Assembly (NCBI GenBank): GCA_050250895.1
Contig: JBFWNU010000001.1
Coordinates: 2,278,210 to 2,342,209 of the forward strand
Length of the DNA stretch: 64,000 bases
Reading direction: 5' to 3'
Origin: Vulcanimicrobiota bacterium
GTDB taxonomy: Bacteria > Vulcanimicrobiota > Xenobia > Xenobiales > JADMJV01
The position numbers were made by a program, and so were the translations under genes. How positions within the stretch are numbered: position 1 is the first letter of the stretch; each line of letters begins with the position of its first letter. Below are positions 19,145-28,490 of the stretch, piece by piece. Below the pieces are notes generated by a model, which saw nothing but the letters and a program-made list of their open reading frames with translations, was not told the DNA's origin and did not search any database.

Positions 19145-20722
19145 ATGCGGCCGGACCTCGAAAAGCGACCACGTGAGCAGTTGCTCGCGCTCTATGAGAT
19201 AGGGCGGGCGATCAACTCTACCCTCGAACTCGAAGATGTGCTCGACCGGATCCTCGAGATGACGCTGGGGTTGTTCCATGCCGAGGCCGGCTCGATCATG
19301 CTGCGGCAGGACGATGTGTTGACCATCGCGGTGGCCCGTGGATTGACCGCCACGATCGTGGCCGAGACGCGCGTTCCCATCGGGGAGGGTATTGCCGGCT
19401 GGGTGGCCCAGACAGGCGAAATGATTCGCCTTGATGGCAAGGTCGACGATCCTCGCTTCGTCAGCCTGGTGGAGCGCGAGGACAACATCACGTCGTCGCT
19501 GTGCGCCCCCTTGCTCCATCGTTCTCAGGTGGTCGGAGTCTTGATGCTGCGGCGCGGGGGCGAGACCACCTTCACCCCCGATCAGTTAGATTTTCTGGCC
19601 TCGGTGGCCGATCAGGCGGCCATCGCTCTCGAGAATGCCCGTCTCTACGCCGAAGAGATCAAGCGCTCGAAAGAACTCGAGCTTGAACGGCAGAAGCTCG
19701 AGATGGTGCTGGCTTCGATGGCCGACGGAGTGGTGGTGTGTCACCCCGATGGCGAGATTCGGCGCCACAACCAGATGGCCGGCCAGTTGCTCGGCTGGAG
19801 CCAGGAGGCGGTGGGCCAGAAATTGCCGGAGCTGTGTCCGTCGCTGCCTTTCGAGCACCTGTGGGAGCAAGTCAATCAAGAAGGAACCTACGTCTGTGAC
19901 TTGCGCAGCGCCGACACGACCTTGCGCATCGTGGCGACTGCTTTGCGCTTTCAAGACGAGAGCCCCGAGGGATTGGTGGCTCTGTTTCATGACGAGACCG
20001 AACGGGCTCGGGTCGAGAAGATGAAGTCTGAGTTTCTCTCGATGGTCAGCCACGAACTCAAGACCCCGATCACCACCATCCAGGCCTTCGCCGAGCTGAT
20101 GCTCTATCGGGACTTTCCCGAGGAGCGCAAGCGCAAGTTTCTGCAGATCTGCCTTACCGAGTCGCAACGGTTGCAGAAGTTGATCGAAGAGATTCTCGGC
20201 CTGTCGCGGCTCGAGGCCGGACAGTTTGCTTTCCACAAGGTGCCGTGCCGCCTCGATGAGCTGGCTCGCAGTTTGCTGCCGGGTTTCGTGGAGCGTTCGG
20301 CCAGCCACGATATCCAGCTCAAGGTGCATGGCGACCTGCCCACGCTTGAACTGGATCCGACCTTGATGACCCAGGCCCTGTCCAATCTGGTCTCTAATGC
20401 CATCAAGTATTCACCCGACGGCGGACCCATCACCATCGAGCTAGGGGCTGAGCCGGAACGAATCCTGGTCTGTGTGCGCGACCAGGGGATCGGCATTCCG
20501 GAGGACAAGATACCGTTCGTGTTTGAAAAGTTCTTCCGGGTCGACAACTCGCTCACGCGCAAGACTGGAGGGACTGGCCTCGGCCTAGCGAACTGTAGAT
20601 ATATCGTGGAGGGCCACGGGGGCACTATCTGGGTCGAGAGTCAACCCGACCTCGGAAGCCGATTCAGCTTCACCCTACCCTGCCCCCCTTCCGCCCCAGG
20701 AGGATCGGATGCTCAAGTCTGA
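19145..20722 (+). CDS. GAF-domain sensor histidine kinase
   Basis: N-terminal GAF, HisKA H-box SHELKTPITTI, HATPase G-boxes (GIGIPED…GGTGLGLA). Confidence 0.9.
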   Translation: MRPDLEKRPREQLLALYEIGRAINSTLELEDVLDRILEMTLGLFHAEAGSIMLRQDDVLTIAVARGLTATIVAETRVPIGEGIAGWVAQTGEMIRLDGKVDDPRFVSLVEREDNITSSLCAPLLHRSQVVGVLMLRRGGETTFTPDQLDFLASVADQAAIALENARLYAEEIKRSKELELERQKLEMVLASMADGVVVCHPDGEIRRHNQMAGQLLGWSQEAVGQKLPELCPSLPFEHLWEQVNQEGTYVCDLRSADTTLRIVATALRFQDESPEGLVALFHDETERARVEKMKSEFLSMVSHELKTPITTIQAFAELMLYRDFPEERKRKFLQICLTESQRLQKLIEEILGLSRLEAGQFAFHKVPCRLDELARSLLPGFVERSASHDIQLKVHGDLPTLELDPTLMTQALSNLVSNAIKYSPDGGPITIELGAEPERILVCVRDQGIGIPEDKIPFVFEKFFRVDNSLTRKTGGTGLGLANCRYIVEGHGGTIWVESQPDLGSRFSFTLPCPPSAPGGSDAQV

Positions 20723-22139
20723 ACACAAAACGACCCTGGATCGCAAGATCGAACGTTTTCGAGGTATTCTCAATCGAGCCCCGGAGGATACTCTGACCGC
20801 CCTGGCTCTGGCTGAGGCTAGCTTTCGCAGGGGACTACGCCTGGAAGCGTTGACCGCCTATCAAGAGGTCAGCAAGAAGCACTCGGTGGCCGAGGCTCAT
20901 CTGGCCATCGCCCAGATCTACAGCCGTCAAGGCATGTTGGTCGAGGCGTATGAAGAGATCGCTCGGTTGCTAGAACTCGAACCCGAGAACATCGAGGCGC
21001 GATTGCTGGCCCAAGAACTCGAAGAGGTGCATCCCATTCCCGAGGGCATTCGCCTGAGCATCGGTCGGACTCCGTCGCTCGAGGCTATTCGCGAGACGCG
21101 CTTGCGCGTGAAGATTCAACGCGGCATCTTCACCCGCGAGATTCAAGAGTTGACCCGCAACGCCACCCTCGAACCGGCCGAGCCGATTCATGAATACTAC
21201 CTGCAAGAGGCCAAAAAGCGTCTGGCTCGGCTCGACGAGGTGATGGTTACCCTCGAAGAGATGGAACGTAGCGCCGAGAAGTTCTTGCCGCCCAAACCCG
21301 ACTTGATGACTCCCTTCGAGGCCAAAGAGAGCGAGCCGGTCGCACCTCTCGAGGAGCCCGCTCTGACCGATTACGCGCCCGAACCGGTGGCCTCGACCGA
21401 AACCGTTGCTGACGAGGCGGCCGTCATCCCGATCGATCCGGCACCGCTTGAAGAACTGCCTCTCATCTATGATGACGTCGGGGGCGAGAACATCTTCAGC
21501 ACCGATATTCCACCGGAATACGAAGACCTCAGCGAGATGCTCGATTTCGAAGGTGGGTCCAAGTCGGATTCTTTCGATCTTTCTCACATGTTCGACAGCT
21601 CTGAGGGGGGCGACGAGGTGGTGGTCGAGACCGACGAGCCGGTTGCGACGTTCGAGTCCGAGTTTGAGACCGAGCCCGTTTCGGAACCAGAGCCCGAACC
21701 CGAACCCGAACCCGAACCCGAAGCAGAGTCGGCTCCGGCGTTCATTCCTGACTCAGCCGCCCGGGATCAGTTCTATCTCGACATCAGCTCCAAGCTCGAA
21801 GAGCTGACCTCGACTCTTTCCAAGACCCGCGGAGTCACTTCGATCTTCGTGGTCTCGCGCCGCGGCCGCGTGGTTCAAAGCATCAGCGAAGACGCCATCA
21901 GCGCCGAGCGAGTCGGCGAGACGGTCGTCGAGGGTCTCGATTTCCTCGAGACCTTCGCCCAGGAGCCGGCCTATTGGGTGCTCGAGTGCGACGGCGGCAT
22001 CTTCATCATGCAGATCATCGACGCTCAGCACGTGGTGGTGGCCATCGGGCAAAAGGGCGCGAACTTCGGGGCTCTGCGCTTCACTCTCGACAAGAGCCGA
22101 CCCAAGTTCTCCGAACTTTTGGCCGATCTGCCGGGTTAG
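20709..22139 (+). CDS. TPR protein with acidic PE-repeat linker and C-terminal roadblock/LC7-like domain
   Basis: GGAGGA RBS, overlaps the HK stop. N-terminal TPR, (EP)n linker, C-terminal GVTSIFVVSRRGRVVQSI…YWVLECDGGIFIMQIIDAQHVVVAIG (roadblock-like). Confidence 0.75.
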   Translation: MLKSEHKTTLDRKIERFRGILNRAPEDTLTALALAEASFRRGLRLEALTAYQEVSKKHSVAEAHLAIAQIYSRQGMLVEAYEEIARLLELEPENIEARLLAQELEEVHPIPEGIRLSIGRTPSLEAIRETRLRVKIQRGIFTREIQELTRNATLEPAEPIHEYYLQEAKKRLARLDEVMVTLEEMERSAEKFLPPKPDLMTPFEAKESEPVAPLEEPALTDYAPEPVASTETVADEAAVIPIDPAPLEELPLIYDDVGGENIFSTDIPPEYEDLSEMLDFEGGSKSDSFDLSHMFDSSEGGDEVVVETDEPVATFESEFETEPVSEPEPEPEPEPEPEAESAPAFIPDSAARDQFYLDISSKLEELTSTLSKTRGVTSIFVVSRRGRVVQSISEDAISAERVGETVVEGLDFLETFAQEPAYWVLECDGGIFIMQIIDAQHVVVAIGQKGANFGALRFTLDKSRPKFSELLADLPG

Positions 22140-24500
22140 GTGGCGGGCGACGCGCGCTTAGAGCGAGTCTCGAGCGCGTTTTTTCGTCTGATCGACACCC
22201 TTTGCCTGGGGTTGCTCATGGGGCTGGTCTTCTTTCCGGCCATCCCCGCCCTGATCTACCTGGCTTCCCTGCTCTGGGGCTTTGACGCCCAGACTCTGTT
22301 GACCGGTGAAGTTACGCCGGGCAAAGTGTTTCTCTATATCTGCGCGGGCACCGATAGCGGGGCTCAACTGGCTTCGGGAGGCAGCCTGCTGCGCGGACTG
22401 GGTCTGTTGGCCCTGGCTTTCTGGCTGCTGTTGCCCCGGCAACTGGCCGCTCCGGTGCGACCGCTGGCCCGACTGACTCTGGGACTGGGCCTGGTCGGAG
22501 TGGTGGGGGCATTGAGCTGCGACCATCCTCGAGACGCCCTGGTGGGTTGGATGGATCTTCTCTTGCCCCTGGCTCTGGCCATCATGGCCGCCGACCTGGG
22601 CTGGCGCGAGCGCAACAAGAATAGCCTGTTGGCTGCCTTCGTGGCCAGCCTGGCAGTGGTCTTGCTGGTGGCCTACATCTCCTTTGCGCTGGGCTTTTCT
22701 CCCGACGAGCGCATGCGCGGGTCGTTCTTTCATCCCAACATGCTGGCGGCTTACCTCTTGCTCGGCCTGGGACCGCTGGCCTATATGGTGCTGGCCGAAC
22801 AAGGCCAAGACCGGCCAGGCCAGGCGGCGTTGGCTCCGGTGCTGGCCGCTCTGCTGGGCTCGCTGCTGTTGACGGGCTCGCGGGCCGCCTGGCTGGCGGT
22901 AGCGCTGTTGGCGGGCCCGCTGGGGGCCGGACTGGTCAGCCGCTTCTCGCAACGGCGCCAGCTGTGGATGCTGGGCTTTCCCCTGGCAGGAGGTATCCTC
23001 TGCCTGGGAGCCCTTCTTCACTGGTGGATCGTGCTGGTGCTCGCGGCCGCCCTGCCGCTGGTCTGGTTGAGGCATCTCTCCGAGCCCCGCAAGTTCTTGC
23101 CCAAGCTGATCGTTGTGCTGGTTTTGGCCGGCTGCTTCGGATTGGGCTTGATGACGGTCGATCGCCAGAACAGTCCCACCAACCGAATCGAAGGGGCCAT
23201 CTCTTCCAACTCGTTCAAGGCCAGGCTGCATTTCTGGTCGGCCTCACTAGCGATCGCTCGCAACCATCCCTGGTTGGGGGTCGGCCCCGACGGATTTCAC
23301 CGGCACTACCCGGCGTATCAGACCGACATCCGCTATTTCTCGAAGTTCACCCACTCCTTGCCCATGTCGCTGTTGGCCGAGTGCGGCCTCCTCTTCACGG
23401 TGCCGGCCGTGGCCTGGTTGTGGCTGGCGGGGTCGGTCCTGTGGGCAAGAGCCAGAGAAGGTGACTTTGGGCTGGGCTGGGCGATTTTCTGGTCGGTCGC
23501 CATGTGGCTGGTCCACGCCTGCTTTGACGTCGACCTGCAGTTTCCGGCCCTGGGGTTCACGGCCGGTCTTCTGCTCGGTTTGGCGCTAGCCCAGGAACCG
23601 TCGGCCGAAGAGCCAGCCGAGCAAGAGCCGCGCTCTCAATGGTCGATTCGGCCCGGCTTGCTCAGCCAGTATCCCCTGGCCGTGGTGGCCGTGATGCTGT
23701 GTCTCGTCAATGCCCAGTTGACCTTTGCTGCCCATCATACCCGGCTGGCCGACCTGGCCTCGGGAGTGTCGGAATATAAAGCTGCCGCCGACCTCTATCG
23801 CGAAGCCATGCGTCTGGACCCCTTCGACGGCGAGAACTATCGCAAATTGGCTCTGGTAGCCATGGTCGCCCCCGCCCTCGAGGTGCCTGACGAGACTCTC
23901 GAGCAGCTGAGCCAACAGGCTCTAGCTCTCGACCCCCATCGCCCCGTCTGTCATAATTTACGCGGCCGTGTTTTGGAGCGGCTTGGCCAGGACGGGCGAC
24001 CGGCCTTCCGCCGTGCCCTCGAGCTCGACAGCTTCAACTATCCCTCGTTCTATCGTGACCTGGCCGAGGCCTATCGAGTCCGCGGCCAGCCCCAGGTTGC
24101 CCTCCAGCTCGTCGAGCAGGCCCTGCGCCGGTTCCCCGATGAGGCCCGGACTCAGGTGCAAGACAGCCGGGTGAATACCCTCACCAGCCAGATGGCAGGG
24201 CTCTACGAAGAGCAGGGCTTCCTCTTAATCGAGCAAGAATCGACCCTTCCGGCCTCGCAGCGGGCCTTCGAGCAGGCTCTGGCCCTGGAGGATTCGGCCA
24301 ATCGCCGCTTCGGCCTGGCCGTCAGCCTGATGGGGCAAAAGCAGTTCGCCCGGGCCGCCGAAGAGTTCGAGAAAGTGGTCAAGCTCGACGATTCGTCACG
24401 CCAAACCTGGGAATTTCTCGGCCACTGCTACGCCAAACTCGGCCGCCTCGAAGACCTCAAACGCGTCAACCGCTCCCTGTCGACGCGAAGCGTCGATTAG
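22140..24500 (+). CDS. O-antigen ligase (Wzy_C)-like polytopic membrane protein fused to C-terminal TPR repeats
   Basis: ~12 predicted TM helices with LTGSRAAWLAVALLAG (Wzy_C-like) then a ~250-aa TPR tail. GTG start adjacent to the upstream TAG; start uncertain. Confidence 0.7.
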   Translation: MAGDARLERVSSAFFRLIDTLCLGLLMGLVFFPAIPALIYLASLLWGFDAQTLLTGEVTPGKVFLYICAGTDSGAQLASGGSLLRGLGLLALAFWLLLPRQLAAPVRPLARLTLGLGLVGVVGALSCDHPRDALVGWMDLLLPLALAIMAADLGWRERNKNSLLAAFVASLAVVLLVAYISFALGFSPDERMRGSFFHPNMLAAYLLLGLGPLAYMVLAEQGQDRPGQAALAPVLAALLGSLLLTGSRAAWLAVALLAGPLGAGLVSRFSQRRQLWMLGFPLAGGILCLGALLHWWIVLVLAAALPLVWLRHLSEPRKFLPKLIVVLVLAGCFGLGLMTVDRQNSPTNRIEGAISSNSFKARLHFWSASLAIARNHPWLGVGPDGFHRHYPAYQTDIRYFSKFTHSLPMSLLAECGLLFTVPAVAWLWLAGSVLWARAREGDFGLGWAIFWSVAMWLVHACFDVDLQFPALGFTAGLLLGLALAQEPSAEEPAEQEPRSQWSIRPGLLSQYPLAVVAVMLCLVNAQLTFAAHHTRLADLASGVSEYKAAADLYREAMRLDPFDGENYRKLALVAMVAPALEVPDETLEQLSQQALALDPHRPVCHNLRGRVLERLGQDGRPAFRRALELDSFNYPSFYRDLAEAYRVRGQPQVALQLVEQALRRFPDEARTQVQDSRVNTLTSQMAGLYEEQGFLLIEQESTLPASQRAFEQALALEDSANRRFGLAVSLMGQKQFARAAEEFEKVVKLDDSSRQTWEFLGHCYAKLGRLEDLKRVNRSLSTRSVD

Positions 24501-25498
24501 ACCGGCGTGTAGAGACCGCCCAGGTGGCGCAAGACCAGGCCTTTGAGTTCGAGATGCACCAGGGCCCGGGCCAGGGCCGGAGCGTCAAAGCCCGTCTTGA
24601 CGCTCAGTTCGGCCATACTCGAGCCGCCGGGGTCAAGAGCCTGGTAGACTTGAGCGAGCGGTTCTTCAAGCTGGGGCGGAGCAGCCAGCTGGGTCGCATA
24701 ACCCAACTGATCGATGATGTCGTCCACCCCGCGCACGATGGATGAGCCCTCATAGAGCAGTTTGTGAGTGCCGTCCGAGTTGGGGTTGCCCACGTGACCG
24801 GGGGCCGCCATCACGGTCCGGCCCAGATCCTGGGCCAGGTCGGCTGTGATCAAAGCGCCGCTGCGGAGGCCGGCTTCGACCACGACCACTACCTGGCACA
24901 ACCCGGCTACGATGCGATTGCGGGCCGGAAAGCGCCAGGCGGCGGGGGCGGTTCCGGCCGGGTACTCGCTGAGCAGACAGGCCTGGCGAGCCATCTGGGT
25001 CCGCAGGGCCCGGTTGGTCCGAGGGTAGTCATAGTCGAGGCCGCAGCCAAGCACGGCTACCGGGTGAGCCTCGGAGCGAAAGCTGGTCATGGCGCCCTGG
25101 TGGGCGGCCGAGTCGATGCCCATCGCCAATCCACTCACCACCACCACCCCGCGAGCGGCCAGGTCGGCACCCAGACGGTAGGCCAAAGTCCGTCCATAGG
25201 GAGTGGCCCGGCGAGAGCCCACGATGGCAACCCGGGGATGCTCGGGGCTGGGAAAGGGCAGCCCGGCGCGATAGAGCAGCGCTGGCGGGTCGCACAGATC
25301 CAGTAGCGAGATGGGATACTCCAGGTCCCCGGGAGTCAACGCCGCAAACGGATCGCTCGGGTTGCAGTGCTTCAATTTTAGGCGCTTGACCACGGCTTCG
25401 GGGCTGCCCATCTGTTCGACCAGAGCAGCGATCTGGCGCGGACCCAGTCGAGACAGACCCAGAGTCAGCCAGGCTTGGCGTCGGTTCGGGGCGCTCAT
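24497..25498 (-). CDS. dprA: DNA processing protein DprA (Smf)
   Basis: Rossmann-like DprA core VVVSGLAMGIDSAAHQGA. The start is taken at the internal ATG (MSAPNRR…) with a GAGGAG RBS; the longer track ORF runs to 25573. Confidence 0.8.
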   Translation of the reverse strand: MSAPNRRQAWLTLGLSRLGPRQIAALVEQMGSPEAVVKRLKLKHCNPSDPFAALTPGDLEYPISLLDLCDPPALLYRAGLPFPSPEHPRVAIVGSRRATPYGRTLAYRLGADLAARGVVVVSGLAMGIDSAAHQGAMTSFRSEAHPVAVLGCGLDYDYPRTNRALRTQMARQACLLSEYPAGTAPAAWRFPARNRIVAGLCQVVVVVEAGLRSGALITADLAQDLGRTVMAAPGHVGNPNSDGTHKLLYEGSSIVRGVDDIIDQLGYATQLAAPPQLEEPLAQVYQALDPGGSSMAELSVKTGFDAPALARALVHLELKGLVLRHLGGLYTPV

Positions 25499-25672
25499 CG
25501 ATGCTCCTCGGAGTAGCCAGCCGGCGAGAATTTTTCCATAGTGAGTGAACTCATGATTTGTTGCTCCTCTCACCGTCCAGTATGAAGCCGATTTAAGACC
25601 GTAGCGTGTCGAGCTTGTGAACGGTCGATTGCTAGGATGTTTCTAAATCCTTAACGTCGAATGGGCGGGCCT

Positions 25673-26203
25673 ATGCGATATCGTTCCACTACGATTGTTT
25701 GCGTCAGCCGCAACGGCCAGGTCGCCATGGCTGGCGATGGTCAGGTTTCGGTTGGCCAGACAGTCATGAAACATCACGCCCGCAAAGTCCGGCGCATGGG
25801 CGACGGCAAGGTGCTCGGCGGCTTTGCTGGCTCGGCTGCCGACGGCCTGACTCTGTTCGATCGCTTCGAGACGCGTCTGTCCGAGTACGGCGGACAACTC
25901 AAACGAGCGGCCGTCGAGCTGGCGCGCGAGTGGCGGATGGACAAATTCTTGCGTCGCCTCGAAGCGATGCTGCTGGTGGCCGACCGTGAGACGGTGCTGG
26001 TGCTCTCGGGCAACGGCGACGTGCTCGAGCCCGATCACGGGGTGGCGGCCATCGGTTCGGGCGGCTCTTACGCTATGGCGGCCGCCCGGGCCTTGCTGGC
26101 TCACACCGACATGTCGGCCGAAGAGGTGGCGCGGTGCTCGCTCGAGATCGCTGCCGAGATCTGCGTTTACACCAACAAGGAGATCGTTCTGGAGAGTCTA
26201 TAG
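25673..26203 (+). CDS. hslV: ATP-dependent protease subunit HslV
   Basis: Strong identity to HslV ([21 protein letters not shown]…[14 protein letters not shown]…[16 protein letters not shown]). A 5-residue extension MRYRS precedes Thr. No hslU follows. Confidence 0.9.
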   Translation: MRYRSTTIVCVSRNGQVAMAGDGQVSVGQTVMKHHARKVRRMGDGKVLGGFAGSAADGLTLFDRFETRLSEYGGQLKRAAVELAREWRMDKFLRRLEAMLLVADRETVLVLSGNGDVLEPDHGVAAIGSGGSYAMAAARALLAHTDMSAEEVARCSLEIAAEICVYTNKEIVLESL

Positions 26204-26206
26204 CAC

Positions 26207-28003
26207 TTGTCCTCCCAACCGTCGAAGCTCGGACCCGTCCTGGCGGCCATGCTGGCAGGTCTTCCGCTTTTGTGCGGGTTGCTGAGCGGCCGTTCCGAGC
26301 TGCTCGCCCCCTTCTTGGCACTGGCTGCCGTGGCCGCGGCGGCGGGCTGGTGGATCGGTCAGCGCTCGGTGCTGTTGAGCAACTTCGAAGAGCTGCAGGC
26401 TCAGCTCGATAGCGAACGCACCCGGGCCGCCCAGCTTGAACAAGAACAGGCAGCGGCCCGCCAGCTCCATCTGCGCGAGCGCAATGCGCTTCACGATCTG
26501 GGGCTCGACTTTTCGCGCAACGAAGAATCGGAAGACTTCCTGGGCCAGGTGGCCAACCACCTGGTGGAGTTGATGGGCGGCGGCATGCTGACCATCTACC
26601 TCTGCGAAGGCGTCGATCGACTTGAGCGCGCCTGCGTGGCGGGCTTTCAAGCCGAGCAAGCCGGGCAGACCCTGGCCGTGAAGGTTCCGGGTTTTCAAGA
26701 GCTCGCCAACGGCCAGACCGGCTGCCTCGAGTTGACCGAGCAACCGCTTTGCGACCAACCCTTGTTGCGGGGGCGCTTTCCGTCGGAACGGCTGACCCGC
26801 TACCTGGCGCTACCCATGAACAGCGGCGGCGAGTTTGTCGGCCTGATGGAGGTTTGTCCTGAGGGCGAACTTGATCCCGCCGTGCTCGAGTTGATGGTGA
26901 TGCTGGCGGCGGTCGTGGCGGTCGTGGTGCGCAACTTGCGTCTCCACCGCCAACTCAAGGGCGAGCGAGTGTTCTCGTATGTGGTCCTCGAAGAGATGGA
27001 AGACGGAGTCTTCACCCTCGACGCCGAGCTGAAACTGGCCACCTTCAATCGGGCCGCCGAGACCATCACCGGTTGGACCCGGCAGCAGGTCCTGGGGCGT
27101 GCCTGTCACGAGGTCTTCAGCCAGGACAACTACGGCCGCCTGCTCGAGCAGATGGCCACCGGCGAGGTGGCCGTCGTGCCTCAAGAGCTGAAGATGCCGG
27201 TGCGCGACGGGGTCCAGAAATACATCTACTTCCAGCCCTCCCGCCACGAGAGTCCGCGCCCCACCGGGCCCAGCCTGGTGGTGGTGTTTCGCGACATCTC
27301 CAAAGTGCGAGAACTCGAGAATCTACGCAACGACTTTACCACCACTCTGTCGCATGAGCTGAGAACTCCGCTGACCAGCATTAAAGGCTACATTCACACC
27401 CTGATGCACAAGAAAGCCGAGAAGTTCAGCAGCGAGAAACTGCAGAGTGTGCTGGCTATCGTGAACCATCAGGTGGACCGACTCAGTCGCTTGATCGCCG
27501 ACCTGCTCGAGGCTGCTCGCCTGGGCAGCCAGGCGCTCGAGGTGCATCCCCGACCGGTGCGGGTGGCCGGGCTCATCAGTGAGGTGATCGAGGCCTATCG
27601 CGAGAAAGAGCCGGGCTTTCCGGTGAGTCTCGAATGCCCCGATGGGGCTCAGGTACTGTGTGATCCGGACCAGATTCGCTACGTGCTGGAGCATCTGCTT
27701 TCCAACGCCGTGAAATACTCGATTCCGGGCGGTCAAATCCAGATCGTGGCCAGCCCCGAGTCGAGCTTACTGAGGGTGGCCATCCGCGACGAAGGGGTCG
27801 GGATCCCCTTTGACCAACAACAGCGGATCTTCGAGATGTACCATCGGGTGGACACCGAGAACACGCGATCCCACTACGGAGTTGGAATGGGCCTCTATAT
27901 CGCCAAGAAGGTGATAGAGGCCCATGGAGGTGGGATTGAGGTGGAGAGTGCCCCGGGTTACGGGTCGACCTTCTCCTTTACCTTACCGCTCAAACAAAGA
28001 TGA
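26207..28003 (+). CDS. Membrane-anchored GAF/PAS sensor histidine kinase
   Basis: N-terminal TM segments, GAF-like and PAS-like regions, HisKA SHELRTPLTSIKGYI, HATPase GVGMGLYIAKK…GGGIEVES. Confidence 0.85.
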   Translation: MSSQPSKLGPVLAAMLAGLPLLCGLLSGRSELLAPFLALAAVAAAAGWWIGQRSVLLSNFEELQAQLDSERTRAAQLEQEQAAARQLHLRERNALHDLGLDFSRNEESEDFLGQVANHLVELMGGGMLTIYLCEGVDRLERACVAGFQAEQAGQTLAVKVPGFQELANGQTGCLELTEQPLCDQPLLRGRFPSERLTRYLALPMNSGGEFVGLMEVCPEGELDPAVLELMVMLAAVVAVVVRNLRLHRQLKGERVFSYVVLEEMEDGVFTLDAELKLATFNRAAETITGWTRQQVLGRACHEVFSQDNYGRLLEQMATGEVAVVPQELKMPVRDGVQKYIYFQPSRHESPRPTGPSLVVVFRDISKVRELENLRNDFTTTLSHELRTPLTSIKGYIHTLMHKKAEKFSSEKLQSVLAIVNHQVDRLSRLIADLLEAARLGSQALEVHPRPVRVAGLISEVIEAYREKEPGFPVSLECPDGAQVLCDPDQIRYVLEHLLSNAVKYSIPGGQIQIVASPESSLLRVAIRDEGVGIPFDQQQRIFEMYHRVDTENTRSHYGVGMGLYIAKKVIEAHGGGIEVESAPGYGSTFSFTLPLKQR

Positions 28004-28016
28004 TGCGCCGCCGGGG

Positions 28017-28280
28017 CTAGTCGTCTTCCCAGTCTTCCTCATCTTCGAAGTCTTCGTCGTCCCAATCGTCGTCGTCGTCGTCGAAGTCTTCGTCCTCTTC
28101 CTCTTCCCAGTCGAGGTCTTCATCTTCTTGCCAGACGGAATCTTCGGGTTGGGTTAAACTTTCTTCGTCGGGCTCGAAGTCGTCATCGTCCCAATCATCG
28201 ACGTCACCATCTTCTTCTTCTTCGTCTTCGTCTTCTTCTTCGAAATCATCATCGTCGTCATCGGGGACGATTTCTGGCAT
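28017..28280 (-). CDS. Hyper-acidic small protein (88 aa, ~70% Asp/Glu, spaced Trp/Phe)
   Basis: MPEIVPDDDDDDFEEEDEDEEEEDGDVDDWDDDDFEPDEE…DEDFEDEEDWEDD*. Start chosen at the internal Met because the longer ORF to 28871 overlaps mutS. Confidence 0.5.
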   Translation of the reverse strand: MPEIVPDDDDDDFEEEDEDEEEEDGDVDDWDDDDFEPDEESLTQPEDSVWQEDEDLDWEEEEDEDFDDDDDDWDDEDFEDEEDWEDD

Positions 28281-28490
28281 GCTTTCGAATTGCTGGTCCC
28301 AGTCCAACGGCTCTCTCCTTTCGAGGCTCGGATGACCCTGAGATCGTTCAAAGATACCCCGAGCAGTTCCTGCGACCTGGAATCGATCTTGGAAATTCTT
28401 CTCCGCGAACAGGCTTGTGCTAGCGAGGTCCCGGCGGCGAACGCAGCTTCGGCGGGAAGGTCGTAACGGGGGGTCGAACTCGCGGGCCTG

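Noticed and set aside
22158-23231. 357-aa minus-strand ORF opposite the O-antigen ligase gene
   Set aside because: Low-complexity Gln/Gly/Arg-rich translation overlapping a polytopic membrane protein gene with good hydrophobic periodicity on the + strand.
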